Assembly (NCBI GenBank): GCA_041737355.1
Contig: JBGSRW010000006.1
Coordinates: 3,246 to 67,245 of the forward strand
Length of the DNA stretch: 64,000 nt
Reading direction: 5' to 3'
DNA from: Patescibacteria group bacterium
GTDB lineage: Bacteria > Patescibacteriota > Patescibacteriia > XYB2-FULL-38-15
The position numbers were made by a program, and so were the translations under genes. How positions within the stretch are numbered: position 1 is the first letter of the stretch; every line of letters starts with the position of its first letter. Below the pieces are notes generated by a model, which was not told the origin of the DNA, searched no databases, and saw nothing but the letters and a program-made list of their open reading frames with translations. Positions 46,620 through 56,077 of the stretch are shown piece after piece.

Positions 46620-47090
46620 TTAAAATCTCGCGAAATGGGCAAAGGCCCGGTTGGCTTCGGCCATGCGGTGCACATCCATTCTCTTTTTTACGGCATCACC
46701 CTGGTTCTGGTAAGCTTCCATCAATTCGTTGGCCAATTTTTCAGCCATCGGTTTGCCTTTTTTGTGCCTGGCCGCGTCCAAAATCCAGTGGCAGGCCAGG
46801 GAAAGCTTGCGCTCGCCTCTGACCGGAATCGGAATCTGGTAGTTGGCGCCGCCGACTCTCCGGCTTTTAACTTCAAGCGCCGGAGTCACATTTTTCAAGG
46901 CCTGGTCAAAAACCTCGAGCGGATCCTGTTTGGTTTTTTCTTTGACAATATCAAAAGCTCCATAGACAATCGATTGAGCTATGGTTTTTTTACCACCAAT
47001 CATTACATAATTGATAAATTTGGCAATGTTGGTGCTTTTGTATTTGGGATCCGGCAATAATTTTCTTTTAGGTGCTCTCTTGCCTCTCAT
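46620..47090 (-). CDS. rpsG: 30S ribosomal protein S7
   Basis: S7 pattern. Confidence 0.92.
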   Translation of the reverse strand: MRGKRAPKRKLLPDPKYKSTNIAKFINYVMIGGKKTIAQSIVYGAFDIVKEKTKQDPLEVFDQALKNVTPALEVKSRRVGGANYQIPIPVRGERKLSLACHWILDAARHKKGKPMAEKLANELMEAYQNQGDAVKKRMDVHRMAEANRAFAHFARF

Positions 47091-47120
47091 ATGATTATTT
47101 TTGTTTTAAACAAATTAAAA

Positions 47121-47540
47121 TTATTTAGGCGCTTTAGCCCCGTATAGCGACCGGCCGCGTCTCCGCCCGTCAACGCCCTGGGTATCGTAAACCCCTCGGA
47201 CAATATGATATCTGACGCCAGGCAAATCCTTAACGCGTCCGCCGCGGATCATAACAATCGAGTGCTCCTGCAAATTATGCCCGACGCCCGGAATATAGGC
47301 CGTAACTTCCATGCCGTTGGATAACCTGACCCTGGCGATTTTACGCAAGGCCGAGTTTGGCTTTTTCGGAGTAACAGTTGTCACTTTAAGACAAACGCCG
47401 CGCTTGAAAGAACTCCCCTTTGCCAAATCTCTTCTCTTTCTATGGAGCGTATCCAAAGTAGACTGAAGAGCCGGCGTCTTGGTCTTTTTCAAGAGTGGTT
47501 TTCTTCCTCTTTTGATAAGTTGGTTGATTGTAGGCATATG
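47121..47540 (-). CDS. rpsL: 30S ribosomal protein S12
   Basis: [13 protein letters not shown]. The ORF-track extension upstream of this Met is 5'UTR. Confidence 0.92.
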   Translation of the reverse strand, partial: HMPTINQLIKRGRKPLLKKTKTPALQSTLDTLHRKRRDLAKGSSFKRGVCLKVTTVTPKKPNSALRKIARVRLSNGMEVTAYIPGVGHNLQEHSIVMIRGGRVKDLPGVRYHIVRGVYDTQGVDGRRRGRSLYGAKAPK

Positions 47541-47682
47541 CCTTTTAACTAATTTTTTGTAAATTAAAAATGACAAAAAAATAAAAAATTTTGTCATCCT
47601 GATGCAGGGCAAAGTTTTAGCCACGCTTCGCCCTATTGATGTGGAACTCCTTCAAGATGAACCTCTTTTTCTTACAATTTGA

Positions 47683-47711
47683 ATATTACACAAAAGCTTT
47701 TTTGTCGTCAA
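47683..47711 (-). promoter_or_regulatory. sigma70-like promoter TTGACG-N17-TAATAT for the str operon (rpsL), followed by a structured leader of about 140 nt
   Basis: Read on the minus strand; leader hairpin tgacaaaa...ttttgtca. Confidence 0.5.
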
Positions 47712-47719
47712 GCCCCCTG

Positions 47720-48367
47720 CTAAAAAATAGGCGGAAGCCCTAAAATCCGATCAATTAAGGATAAAATCGGATCAATGAGATAACTAAAAATGGAAATATT
47801 GGCCACCCAGCTCAAGAGAACCAAACCAAGCAAAATCTGCGGCCCATAAACATCCATAAAGCGGCTGATATTTGGCCAGCGCCGGTCAACCGCAAGGTGA
47901 AGCAAATAAGAACCATCAAGCGGCGGAATCGGCAAAAGGTTGAAAACCATCAAGACGCCGTTAAAACCAACGAGAGCTCCGAGGAAAATCGTCAAATAAT
48001 TCATCGGCCCCAAAATAGGGTAAAAAATTTTCAGAATCAGCCCGAAGACAATAATTAAAATCAAATTTGACGCCGGGCCGCCGAGCGCAACGAGAGTCGG
48101 CCCATATTTCTGGTTTTTAAGATTATATGGATTAAACGGCGCCGGATTTCCCCAGCCAAAACCAATAAATAAAATCGCCAAGGTCCCCCAGAGATCAAGG
48201 TGGACTAGCGGATTCAATGTTAACCGCCCCATTCTCTCTCCCGTATGATCCCCCAAAAGACGCGCCACGAGAACGTGGCAAAATTCATGAAAAGTAATGG
48301 AAATAACGAGAGCGAGAAAGACGGCGAAAAAAAGGATTGGTTCGGAAAAAAGCAGACTAATCAGCAT
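47720..48367 (-). CDS. site-2 protease family (peptidase M50) membrane metalloprotease
   Basis: HEFCH zinc motif within a TM helix; multiple TM segments. Confidence 0.75.
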   Translation of the reverse strand: MLISLLFSEPILFFAVFLALVISITFHEFCHVLVARLLGDHTGERMGRLTLNPLVHLDLWGTLAILFIGFGWGNPAPFNPYNLKNQKYGPTLVALGGPASNLILIIVFGLILKIFYPILGPMNYLTIFLGALVGFNGVLMVFNLLPIPPLDGSYLLHLAVDRRWPNISRFMDVYGPQILLGLVLLSWVANISIFSYLIDPILSLIDRILGLPPIF

Positions 48368-48373
48368 ATTTTA

Positions 48374-48402
48374 TTGACACTTTAATTTATCTTTGTTAAT
48401 CT
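48374..48402 (+). promoter_or_regulatory. promoter TTGACA-N17-TAATCT for rpmB
   Basis: Read directly from the sequence. Confidence 0.5.
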
Positions 48403-48436
48403 AAAAATACTAACTATTTGTTATAAAATACTTTAT

Positions 48437-48610
48437 ATGTCAAGACGCTGTGATGTTTGCGGCAAGGGACCGCTAAGTTCCGCCTCGAGAAGCCACTCCA
48501 ACATTAAAACCAAGAGACGGCTTTATTTGAATTTACAGACCAAAAGGCTTGACGGTAAAAAAACTAAAATCTGCGCCAATTGCCTTAAAACAAGAAGCAA
48601 AACCAAGTAA
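48437..48610 (+). CDS. rpmB: 50S ribosomal protein L28 (57 aa), absent from the ORF track because it is under 60 aa
   Basis: Manual translation gives MSRRCDVCGKGPLSSASRSHSNIKTKRRLYLNLQTKRLDGKKTKICANCLKTRSKTK, which matches the L28 pattern (MSRxCxVxGK...NRSHA.N.TKRRF.PNL). Confidence 0.8.
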   Translation: MSRRCDVCGKGPLSSASRSHSNIKTKRRLYLNLQTKRLDGKKTKICANCLKTRSKTK

Positions 48611-48639
48611 TCAAATTATACCTTAATCTAGCCAAAAAA

Positions 48640-48720
48640 TAAACTCCGCCTTTTCGGCGGAGTTTTGATTTATAAAAATAAAAAAGCGGGATGTGACGTT
48701 TAATCGCATTCCCGCTTGAA
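48640..48720. terminator. two hairpin terminators (ctccgcc-ttttc-ggcggag for rpmB on the + strand; gcgggaatg...catcccgc for the GC-rich minus-strand gene)
   Basis: Hairpins with appropriate T-runs. Confidence 0.6.
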
Positions 48721-48730
48721 CGTAGGCGGA

Positions 48731-49315
48731 TTACTTCTTCTTGTGCAAGACAAGCCAGGCGATGAGACCGGAATGGAACAACCCCTCGATTGGGTGCAGC
48801 CTCACCACGCGCAGAGGGTTGTGGCAATCCCAGTAGCCGTTTCTCCCAAAGACCGGGACGACTGATTGTTCGGAGCGGCGCCATTCCGTGGGAAGGACGA
48901 GCGAACAGCGGGTCTGGATATCGGGATTTTTGGAGATGAACTGCATGCCCCGACGCGGGCCGCACCTTCGATATCCCTCATTATTCAGCCGGCGAACAAT
49001 CTCGTCTCCATGGAGACCGAGAGCCAAATTTGCAAAACTATACTGATGAACTTCCCAGTCGTCTTCGTCCGGCGCGATTGGCTCCAGAGGAAAACGCGAT
49101 TCGTTGAAATCGGCGTCGATTTCGTCCTGCCGGCAAGCGTCAAAAAGTCTTTGCCAGGCTGAAGGAACCATCTCGCTAATGAGCGCACGCCGAAGTCCGT
49201 CGGCCAGATCCTGCGGCCGATGAAGCCAGTGCTGAACCCGCTCAGACGAAAGATCGCGTGGCAAAGCGCGGAGCACTGCCTGCTCAAACTCCTCCCCTCG
49301 AGATTCTTCACTCAT
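48731..49315 (-). CDS. hypothetical 194-aa GC-rich orphan protein
   Basis: About 55% GC; own promoter TTGACA-N16-TAAAAT at 49338-49365; an AGGGAG SD. Contains a weak Rx4H motif (RVVRLH). Confidence 0.55.
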   Translation of the reverse strand: MSEESRGEEFEQAVLRALPRDLSSERVQHWLHRPQDLADGLRRALISEMVPSAWQRLFDACRQDEIDADFNESRFPLEPIAPDEDDWEVHQYSFANLALGLHGDEIVRRLNNEGYRRCGPRRGMQFISKNPDIQTRCSLVLPTEWRRSEQSVVPVFGRNGYWDCHNPLRVVRLHPIEGLFHSGLIAWLVLHKKK

Positions 49316-49371
49316 TTTTTACTCCCTATCTGTCTTCATTTTATTCATCTTTAAAATTTTGTCAAAAAAAC

Positions 49372-49397
49372 AAACCCCGCCAAACGGCGGGGTTTTC
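49372..49397 (-). terminator. terminator after eno
   Basis: aaaccccgcc-aaac-ggcggggttt followed by a T-run on the minus strand. Confidence 0.65.
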
Positions 49398-49418
49398 AGC
49401 TACACGTTACGTTATAAA

Positions 49419-50669
49419 TTAAGCTTTCAATTTATCTTCAATCCACATCAACCGATTATATTTGCAAATTCTTTCGCTGCGCGAGAGCGAGCCGGTTTTG
49501 ATGTAAGGGCAACCGAGACCGACAACCAGGTCGGCAATGAATGGATCTTCGGTTTCGCCGGAGCGATGCGAGACAACCGCCGACCATCCTTGTTTTTGTG
49601 TCATCTGGATCGCATCAATTGTTTCAGAGAGCGAGCCGATTTGATTTAATTTGATGAGCACGGAATTTACGGCGTCGCGGTCAATCGCCGTTTTTATTCT
49701 TTCGATATTGGTCACAAGCAAATCGTCGCCAACAATTTTAATTTTTTTGCCGAAAATTTTTGTCATCTCGGTAAAGGCCGCCCAATCATCTTCGGCAAAC
49801 GGGTCTTCAACTAAAACAATCGGGTATTTTGCCAATAATTTTTTATACCAGACCAAGAGCTCGTTGCTTTTTAATTTCTTCTCCTTACCGTTGATTTTTA
49901 ATTTATAAATTCCTTTTTCAAAGAAACTTGAAGCGGCCACATCCATCCCGATTTTTACTTTGCCGGTATAGCCGGCTTTTTTAATTGCTTCCACAATTAA
50001 ATCCAGCGCCTTCTCGTTTGACGGCAATCGCGGAGCAAACCCGCCTTCGTCGCCCACTCCGGTCTGATAGCCTTTCTTTTTTAAAATATCTTTCAGGGTA
50101 TGAAAAATTTCTGCCCCGGCCCGCAGACGTTCGTGAAAATTTGTAAATCCAACCGGCAAAATCATGAACTCCTGGGGATCAAGGCCGCTGTCGGCGTGTT
50201 TTCCGCCGTTTACGATATTCATCATCGGCACCGGAAGTTTTAAATCTTTGTTGCCCACTAAACCGCCGAGATATTCGTACAATTCCACACCGCCTACAAA
50301 TGCCGCAGCGCGGCCAAAAGCCAGCGACACTCCCAAAATTGCATTTGCTCCGAGACGCGATTTATTTTTTGTTCCGTCCAGTTGAATTAAAAAATTATCC
50401 AAACCGCGCTGGTCAAAATCTTTGCCGACGATAGCAGAGGAAATCGTTTCATTTACATTACGAACCGCTTTCAGCACGCCTTTACCCAGATATCTTTTTT
50501 TGTCTCCGTCGCGAAGTTCGAGGGCTTCATGAATTCCGGTTGAAGCGCCGCTCGGTACTGAAGCAATACCTCTCCCACCCTCAAGATTTAATTCCACTTC
50601 AATTGTCGGATTTCCCCGTGAATCCAAAATTTCCCTTGCTTGGATTGAAATAATTTTTGCCATAGTCAA
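49419..50669 (-). CDS. eno: enolase
   Basis: Enolase signatures ([11 protein letters not shown]..., SHRSGETED). Confidence 0.95.
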   Translation of the reverse strand: MTMAKIISIQAREILDSRGNPTIEVELNLEGGRGIASVPSGASTGIHEALELRDGDKKRYLGKGVLKAVRNVNETISSAIVGKDFDQRGLDNFLIQLDGTKNKSRLGANAILGVSLAFGRAAAFVGGVELYEYLGGLVGNKDLKLPVPMMNIVNGGKHADSGLDPQEFMILPVGFTNFHERLRAGAEIFHTLKDILKKKGYQTGVGDEGGFAPRLPSNEKALDLIVEAIKKAGYTGKVKIGMDVAASSFFEKGIYKLKINGKEKKLKSNELLVWYKKLLAKYPIVLVEDPFAEDDWAAFTEMTKIFGKKIKIVGDDLLVTNIERIKTAIDRDAVNSVLIKLNQIGSLSETIDAIQMTQKQGWSAVVSHRSGETEDPFIADLVVGLGCPYIKTGSLSRSERICKYNRLMWIEDKLKA

Positions 50670-50754
50670 AAAAATTTATAATTTTATTACTTAATCATAC
50701 CATAAATCAGACAAACAAAAAAACCGCGCCGGCCGGCGCGGTTTTGGAAAATTA

Positions 50755-51348
50755 TTATTGTTGTTTTTGCACAACCTCTACCGTTTTATCTTTAACGAGA
50801 TAGCCGACCAATCTTTTTACCTCATCTTGCGTTTTTTGATTGGCGTTGGCCATCATCTCGGCCGTTGTCGAGTTTTCCTCGGCCTGTTTAATCATCTCTA
50901 CCACCGCCTGATTGTAGCCGTCGTTGTTCTCAAAAATTCTCTTAAGGAGTCCCTGCTTATTTTCCAGATTGATATCACCGACTATCCTTGAATTAAAAAT
51001 CTCTGCGGCCGGAATTGCAACAACTACTTTATCGGTTTCTATTTTTATATCCTCTTCTCCAAGTTTTGCCAAATCAACTCCCAAATTTACTTCGGCCACA
51101 CCATACGCTTTTATCGCCTGGCCCCAGAGAATTTTTCGCCAAAAACTTTCCGCATCGTTAGCAATTGTTATCACCTCGTTGAAAACATTCGTCTGCGTCA
51201 CCAGGAATCCCCGATCGCGAAGGGCCGACAAAATTACCTGGCTTGTTACCTGCGGCGCCACAACCCTCTTTGTCCCCCACCACCCGGCAATAATCCCGAC
51301 CGCAAAAATCACGACGGCGATACCGACATACCAAAAAACTTTCTTCAT
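50755..51348 (-). CDS. DUF4230-family membrane-anchored protein
   Basis: N-terminal TM followed by a DUF4230-like pattern. Confidence 0.5.
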   Translation of the reverse strand: MKKVFWYVGIAVVIFAVGIIAGWWGTKRVVAPQVTSQVILSALRDRGFLVTQTNVFNEVITIANDAESFWRKILWGQAIKAYGVAEVNLGVDLAKLGEEDIKIETDKVVVAIPAAEIFNSRIVGDINLENKQGLLKRIFENNDGYNQAVVEMIKQAEENSTTAEMMANANQKTQDEVKRLVGYLVKDKTVEVVQKQQ

Positions 51349-51354
51349 AGAATT

Positions 51355-51669
51355 TTACAAAATCCAATTAGTAATAAAACCTATAATTATGCCTCCCGTT
51401 ACTCCAATCCCAATAATCGGCACATAAGCCCGCGTAATAATTGCCGACGGCAGACTAAGCCCCAGTCCAAAAATTGCGCCCGTCATGGCTGGGTGGATTC
51501 CTAAACTCATAACCGGAACCAAAAATCCAAGCATAAAACGATCGACGAAAGCGCTTATCAAAGCTTCCTGTTTTTTTCTTTTGTCTTCGATTTTAATCGG
51601 CAGCATTACTAACACATCAAGAACCCCAAAAACTAATCCGCAAATTAAACCTAAGGTTATAGCGCTCAT
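51355..51669 (-). CDS. small integral membrane protein (104 aa)
   Basis: Three hydrophobic helices. Confidence 0.45.
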   Translation of the reverse strand: MSAITLGLICGLVFGVLDVLVMLPIKIEDKRKKQEALISAFVDRFMLGFLVPVMSLGIHPAMTGAIFGLGLSLPSAIITRAYVPIIGIGVTGGIIIGFITNWIL

Positions 51670-51675
51670 AAAACT

Positions 51676-52176
51676 TTATTCAACTTGTGCGAAAAGAACC
51701 ACATAATTTTTCCCGTAGACCTTGGCGCATTTAGGACAGGTTGTATAGGAAAAATAAAGTTTTTTCATTGTCCTACCTTTTGCTTTTACATACTCCGCCA
51801 TTTCCGCAGCCCATTTCCCCGCATTCTGATACGGCCCTTCAAAAACTTTTGTAAAAAATGTCCCGGAAAGAGTTACCATCTTGGCGCCGGGCACGTCACG
51901 TGTCGCATCAATATAAATATCCGCGCCCCAAAGCGACTTTTCGTCGGTGAGCATCAATTGTTCGCCTTTCGCTCCCGCTTTTTCTATCAATGCCATGTTT
52001 TTGACAACCTTTCTGCCCATATTGAGAGGCATATGCAAGAAACTTGTCACATGGTCTTTGGCAAATAACTTCTTTTCCCACTTGATTTCTTTGTCCTTCC
52101 ACGGTTCCGGACTGAACGGTTCGCAGCAGCCGGTTCTCTTGATGTTTTGTTCGGTCATAAATTTTAAATTATTCAA
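51676..52176 (-). CDS. hypothetical 166-aa protein
   Basis: ORF; Cys motifs CCEP and CPKC; no confident family assignment. Confidence 0.4.
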   Translation of the reverse strand: MNNLKFMTEQNIKRTGCCEPFSPEPWKDKEIKWEKKLFAKDHVTSFLHMPLNMGRKVVKNMALIEKAGAKGEQLMLTDEKSLWGADIYIDATRDVPGAKMVTLSGTFFTKVFEGPYQNAGKWAAEMAEYVKAKGRTMKKLYFSYTTCPKCAKVYGKNYVVLFAQVE

Positions 52177-52205
52177 AATTATTTTAATTCCTATCGCGGC
52201 CTTAG

Positions 52206-52276
52206 TCGGGGTGCCGGGAATTGAACCCGGATCACACCCACCCCAAGGGTGCGTCCTGCCGTTAGACTACACCCCG
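52206..52276 (-). tRNA. tRNA-Pro (anticodon GGG); CCA not encoded
   Basis: RC reads CGGGGTG-TA-GTCTAACGGCAGGAC-G-CACCC-TTGGGGT-GGGTG-TGAT-CCGGG-TTCAATT-CCCGG-CACCCCG-A. Confidence 0.7.
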
Positions 52277-52487
52277 ACCAAAGCCACGATTGAATTCTTT
52301 CAGTATAAAGGAATTACAAATAACCCGCAATCATCCTTCTCTATCGGCGCTCGCTCGGAAATGAAATTAAAATTTCATTTCTCTCGCTCGCTTGATAATA
52401 AAAAAGCGGGCCAAACGCAACTGCGTCAGGCCCACAATCTCTTTTTTCGCGCGTTCCTCCTTAAGCGCGAAAGTGTTCGGCCACAAG

Positions 52488-52802
52488 CTAGCAGCCGTGG
52501 CCAGTCACCTTTCCCCAGCCGGAAACTTCTTCGTTGGTAAGTGGTGGCGAGTTGCTCACTTTCCCCTCAGAGCCTGCCTCAGGCTCTGCGCGTTTGGTTG
52601 TCTCGCTCTCGCCAGCCGACGTAGGGGGGATACCAAGAAAATTCATATCGTGCCCAATCGGCTCGGCAAAGATTCTGCCGAGAAGATCAACCTCTTCGTC
52701 TTTCGTCATCTCGTGCTTGCCAAGTTTTCTCTCTCTCGCTTCCCGCCGTAGACGGTCCGCCCGCAGTTCAATAGGCCGCTTTTCTTTCCCTATCCCGCTC
52801 AT
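52488..52802 (-). CDS. hypothetical 104-aa GC-rich orphan protein
   Basis: AAGGAGGAG SD 4 nt before the ATG; about 55% GC. Confidence 0.5.
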   Translation of the reverse strand: MSGIGKEKRPIELRADRLRREARERKLGKHEMTKDEEVDLLGRIFAEPIGHDMNFLGIPPTSAGESETTKRAEPEAGSEGKVSNSPPLTNEEVSGWGKVTGHGC

Positions 52803-52867
52803 TCTCTCCTCCTTTTGTTAAAACCTCAAATTCGACGGCTAGGGAAAAAATCCTTTCCTCAGCCGTC

Positions 52868-52900
52868 GAACCAAAAACCGCTCCGATTTTCGTCGGAGCG
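52868..52900. terminator. bidirectional terminator ccgctccga-ttttc-gtcggagcgg
   Basis: Perfect hairpin with flanking A/T runs. Confidence 0.65.
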
Positions 52901-53030
52901 GTTTTAATCAATTTATTTTAGACTAAAAACCTTTCCGACGATTCGGAGTAAAAAAGAAAAAAGTAAAATATTTCCAAACGGCTGTGTTCATACTTTTTTA
53001 TTTTACCGCTAATCAAAATTTGGCCAGTAA

Positions 53031-53636
53031 CTATTCTTTGATGCCGTCGACGTTAACGTCGTACAGCATCTTATCCTGCACGAGATTGTATTTGAAAACT
53101 TCTTCCGGCCGGAACCAGATGGCTATTTCTTTTTCCGCCTCGTCAACGCTTCCCGAAGCGTGGATCAAATTTCTGATAGCCCGTTCGTCAAGGTCGCTCA
53201 TATCGTAGGAATCAACCGTAAAATCGCCGCGGATTGTCCCGACATCAGAGGTCAGGGGCTCTGTCCCGCCGGTAATTTTTCTCACAATACCAACCGCCTT
53301 GTTTCCCTGCCAAACCATGGCAATTACCGGACCGCTGGTCATATATTTTTTAAGACGCCCCAAAACCGCCCGTCCGCAATCTTCCGGATTTTTAAATGGA
53401 GCCTCGAGACCCTTGCCTTGATAAGAGGCAATTGATTTTTCCCCTACTTTTCTTATCCAGGCCGGATCAACCGTGTAATGTCTTTCGACAAAATCTTCCG
53501 TGGGGATAGTCATTTTAAGAGCTGCGAGCTTAAGCCCGGTTCTTTCATAACGCCTGACGATTTCACCGATAAGGGTTCTCTGTATCCCGTCTGGTTTTAT
53601 AATTACGAGCGTTCGTTCTTTTTTGGGGTGTTCCAT
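53031..53636 (-). CDS. ndk: nucleoside diphosphate kinase (long form with a C-terminal extension)
   Basis: RTLVIIKPDG, NxxHGSD-like core; 201 aa. Confidence 0.85.
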   Translation of the reverse strand: MEHPKKERTLVIIKPDGIQRTLIGEIVRRYERTGLKLAALKMTIPTEDFVERHYTVDPAWIRKVGEKSIASYQGKGLEAPFKNPEDCGRAVLGRLKKYMTSGPVIAMVWQGNKAVGIVRKITGGTEPLTSDVGTIRGDFTVDSYDMSDLDERAIRNLIHASGSVDEAEKEIAIWFRPEEVFKYNLVQDKMLYDVNVDGIKE

Positions 53637-53719
53637 AAATAAAAACTATTTTAATGAATAATTAGGCTATCATAACAAAAGATATAAAAAAAACAATACT
53701 GCCGATGTTTATCCCCTCC

Positions 53720-54592
53720 TCATTTATTTTTTACCTCTATTTTTGTTCCATCGCTTATAATTTTAATATCTCCGTTTTTATCGGTCCTCAATATTTTCAC
53801 ACCCGCCTTGGTGAGTCTCTCCAATGTGAGCTCGCTCGGATGGCCAAAAGTGTTTTTTTTCCCGACCGAAATAACGGCAATCTCCGGTTTAACTTTTTCC
53901 AAAAAATTCTGGCTGGTGGAGTATTTGCTGCCGTGGTGCGCGACTTTGAGAACATTCGCCGCCAAATTGTCTGACTTTATCAATTGTTTTTCTTCCTCGT
54001 TTTCCGCATCACCGGTAAAGAAAAAAGAAGTTTCGCCAAAATCCAACCTAAAAACGATGGAAGTATTGTTCAGAGAATCAGCTTTCTTACCGGTTAAATC
54101 ATCCGCGGGAGAAAGTATTTCTAGTTTAATTTTTTCTCCGAGATTTATCTTTTGTCCCGCCCTTGCAATATCCATCGGAATTTTTTGTTTCTTAATTTCT
54201 TCAAGCCATTTTATATACTCTGAAGTCGTGTGTAGAACGCCCGTTGATAAAACTTTTTTTACTTTGTATCTTTTTAAAACTTCGATTAACCCGGTCAGGT
54301 GATCGGCGTGCGGATGGGTCAAAATAACAAGGTCAATATTTTTGTCGTAAAATGGCAGATTCTCCCCGAGCTTTGTCACGACTTTGTTATCTGGACCGCC
54401 GTCAACCAGAATTCTTTGATGTTCCGGCGTCTTAATCAGAATTGAATCACCCTGTCCAACATCGAAAAAATCAATCTCAAGACCCTTGCTCTCTCCGGAA
54501 AATTGAAAAAAGGAAATACCAGCCAAAACCAAAAGGGCGGAAAAAAATCCAATGAGCCGGACGGTCAATTTTTTATATTTTGATTCAAGCAT
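53720..54592 (-). CDS. ComEC/Rec2-related metallo-beta-lactamase domain protein (equivalent to the C-terminal part of ComEC)
   Basis: N-terminal TM, then MBL motifs (DVGQGDS, THPHADH, HHGS). Confidence 0.8.
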   Translation of the reverse strand: MLESKYKKLTVRLIGFFSALLVLAGISFFQFSGESKGLEIDFFDVGQGDSILIKTPEHQRILVDGGPDNKVVTKLGENLPFYDKNIDLVILTHPHADHLTGLIEVLKRYKVKKVLSTGVLHTTSEYIKWLEEIKKQKIPMDIARAGQKINLGEKIKLEILSPADDLTGKKADSLNNTSIVFRLDFGETSFFFTGDAENEEEKQLIKSDNLAANVLKVAHHGSKYSTSQNFLEKVKPEIAVISVGKKNTFGHPSELTLERLTKAGVKILRTDKNGDIKIISDGTKIEVKNK

Positions 54593-54613
54593 TAGTTTTT
54601 AAATTATTGCTTT

Positions 54614-56077
54614 TCATTTTTTCCCCTGTCGCCAGACGAACCATGCGATTATTAAATATGTCACAACGACGACGATCCAATGTATCTGGCCGAGATTGAA
54701 AGCGGCAAAAGGAATTTCCGCCAAAATCTCCGCCGCCTTTATTATATAACTTAGGGAAAACCATGCCAACCAAGCCAGAACCTGGCCCAACCCGGTATAA
54801 ATCAGCCCGCCCAGCACGGCAATAAAACCGAGCGCCATTGTCAGGGGAATTACCGGCAAAATCAAAAGATTAGCTATTGGCGCGATAAAAGAGATTCTGC
54901 CAAAATTGTATAAAATCAGAGGCAAGGTCATGACGATTGCTGATAGAGTTGTGGTAAGCGATTCTTTTATACCAAAAAACGACGGTGCCTTGGCTAAATA
55001 TTTTTCCAAAATCGGCGAAAGAAAAACGAGGCCAACGGTGGCGGCAAAAGACAATTGAAATCCCACGTCAAATGCCAAAATTTTCGGATTTAAAAATAGC
55101 ATGGCCGCGGCGGTGAGCATTAGCGCATTTGTTATTTTACTTACCCGCCCGACTTGGGAGGCAAGAAGAACCAGGCAGCCCATTATGGCGGCCCGTACTA
55201 CCGAAGCGGAAGCGCCGGTTAAAATAACGAAAAAAATTATCCCGGAAAGAGCAACCCAGAAAGATTTTTTTCTGGCGAGGCCGAGCCCTTTCGCAAGCTT
55301 CATCAAGAGAGCTGCCAAAATTGTGATGTTGTATCCGGAAATGGCGATGATATGCGTCGTGCCGGTGATATTAAATTTTTCCATCAAATCCTGCGGGATG
55401 CCGCGCCGCGCACCGTAAAGTAAGCCGCCAAGAAACGCCGCCTGCGGTTCCGGCAAAATCCGGTTAACCGTAAAAACTAATTTTTCTTTAACCAATAGAA
55501 TTCCGATCACGATCCAATTACCCTCCCCGCCGCCCAGCAACTTAATTTCCGGCCAATAACAAAGTGAGTAAATATTTTCCTTGGCCAGATATTTGTCGTA
55601 AGCGAATTCTTCAATCGGTTCGGGTTTTTTAAGCTCGCATTTTATTTCGAGTTTGTCACCGTATTTATAATCGGGATAGAGTTTGGCGTTCACTAAAACT
55701 TTTCCGCTAATATTTTTCCGCCCGCCGCCGGTTACCAGCCCAGAACTTTCCACTATCAATTTCACGCCGCTATCTCTCGTATCCGGTTCTGCGGCTACAA
55801 CCCCGACAAAAGTTTGCTCCCACCCATTGTAGAAGCTGATTTGATTTTCGTTTTGCGGAACGATACTGGCCTCATAACGTAAAATCCCAAAAAATAAAAA
55901 AACTCCTCCCAGTCCGGCAACAATAAAAATTTTCTTAGGCCAGCCGAAAAACAAAAAACCGCATCCGGCTAAAAATACTCCGAACGCGGCCCAAAGCGGC
56001 AGTGGCAAATATGAAGCTATTCCCACGCCTAAGATAAAAAATAAACAGGAATAGAAAAATATTTTGGACTTTGTCAT
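54614..56077 (-). CDS. comEC: ComEC/Rec2 competence channel domain protein (DUF4131 plus competence domain)
   Basis: Multi-TM protein with a ComEC-like topology. It is separated from the MBL ORF by a single in-frame TAA. Confidence 0.75.
   Translation of the reverse strand: MTKSKIFFYSCLFFILGVGIASYLPLPLWAAFGVFLAGCGFLFFGWPKKIFIVAGLGGVFLFFGILRYEASIVPQNENQISFYNGWEQTFVGVVAAEPDTRDSGVKLIVESSGLVTGGGRKNISGKVLVNAKLYPDYKYGDKLEIKCELKKPEPIEEFAYDKYLAKENIYSLCYWPEIKLLGGGEGNWIVIGILLVKEKLVFTVNRILPEPQAAFLGGLLYGARRGIPQDLMEKFNITGTTHIIAISGYNITILAALLMKLAKGLGLARKKSFWVALSGIIFFVILTGASASVVRAAIMGCLVLLASQVGRVSKITNALMLTAAAMLFLNPKILAFDVGFQLSFAATVGLVFLSPILEKYLAKAPSFFGIKESLTTTLSAIVMTLPLILYNFGRISFIAPIANLLILPVIPLTMALGFIAVLGGLIYTGLGQVLAWLAWFSLSYIIKAAEILAEIPFAAFNLGQIHWIVVVVTYLIIAWFVWRQGKK

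Noticed and set aside
33100-47100. Numerous ORFs of 60-160 aa on the + strand across the ribosomal-protein and EF-G/EF-Tu region
   Set aside because: They are antisense to densely packed, highly conserved minus-strand genes and have no independent support.
47541-47624. N-terminal extension of the rpsL ORF ([29 protein letters not shown])
   Set aside because: S12 universally begins MPTINQL. The upstream stretch is a structured 5'UTR behind a TTGACG-N17-TAATAT promoter.
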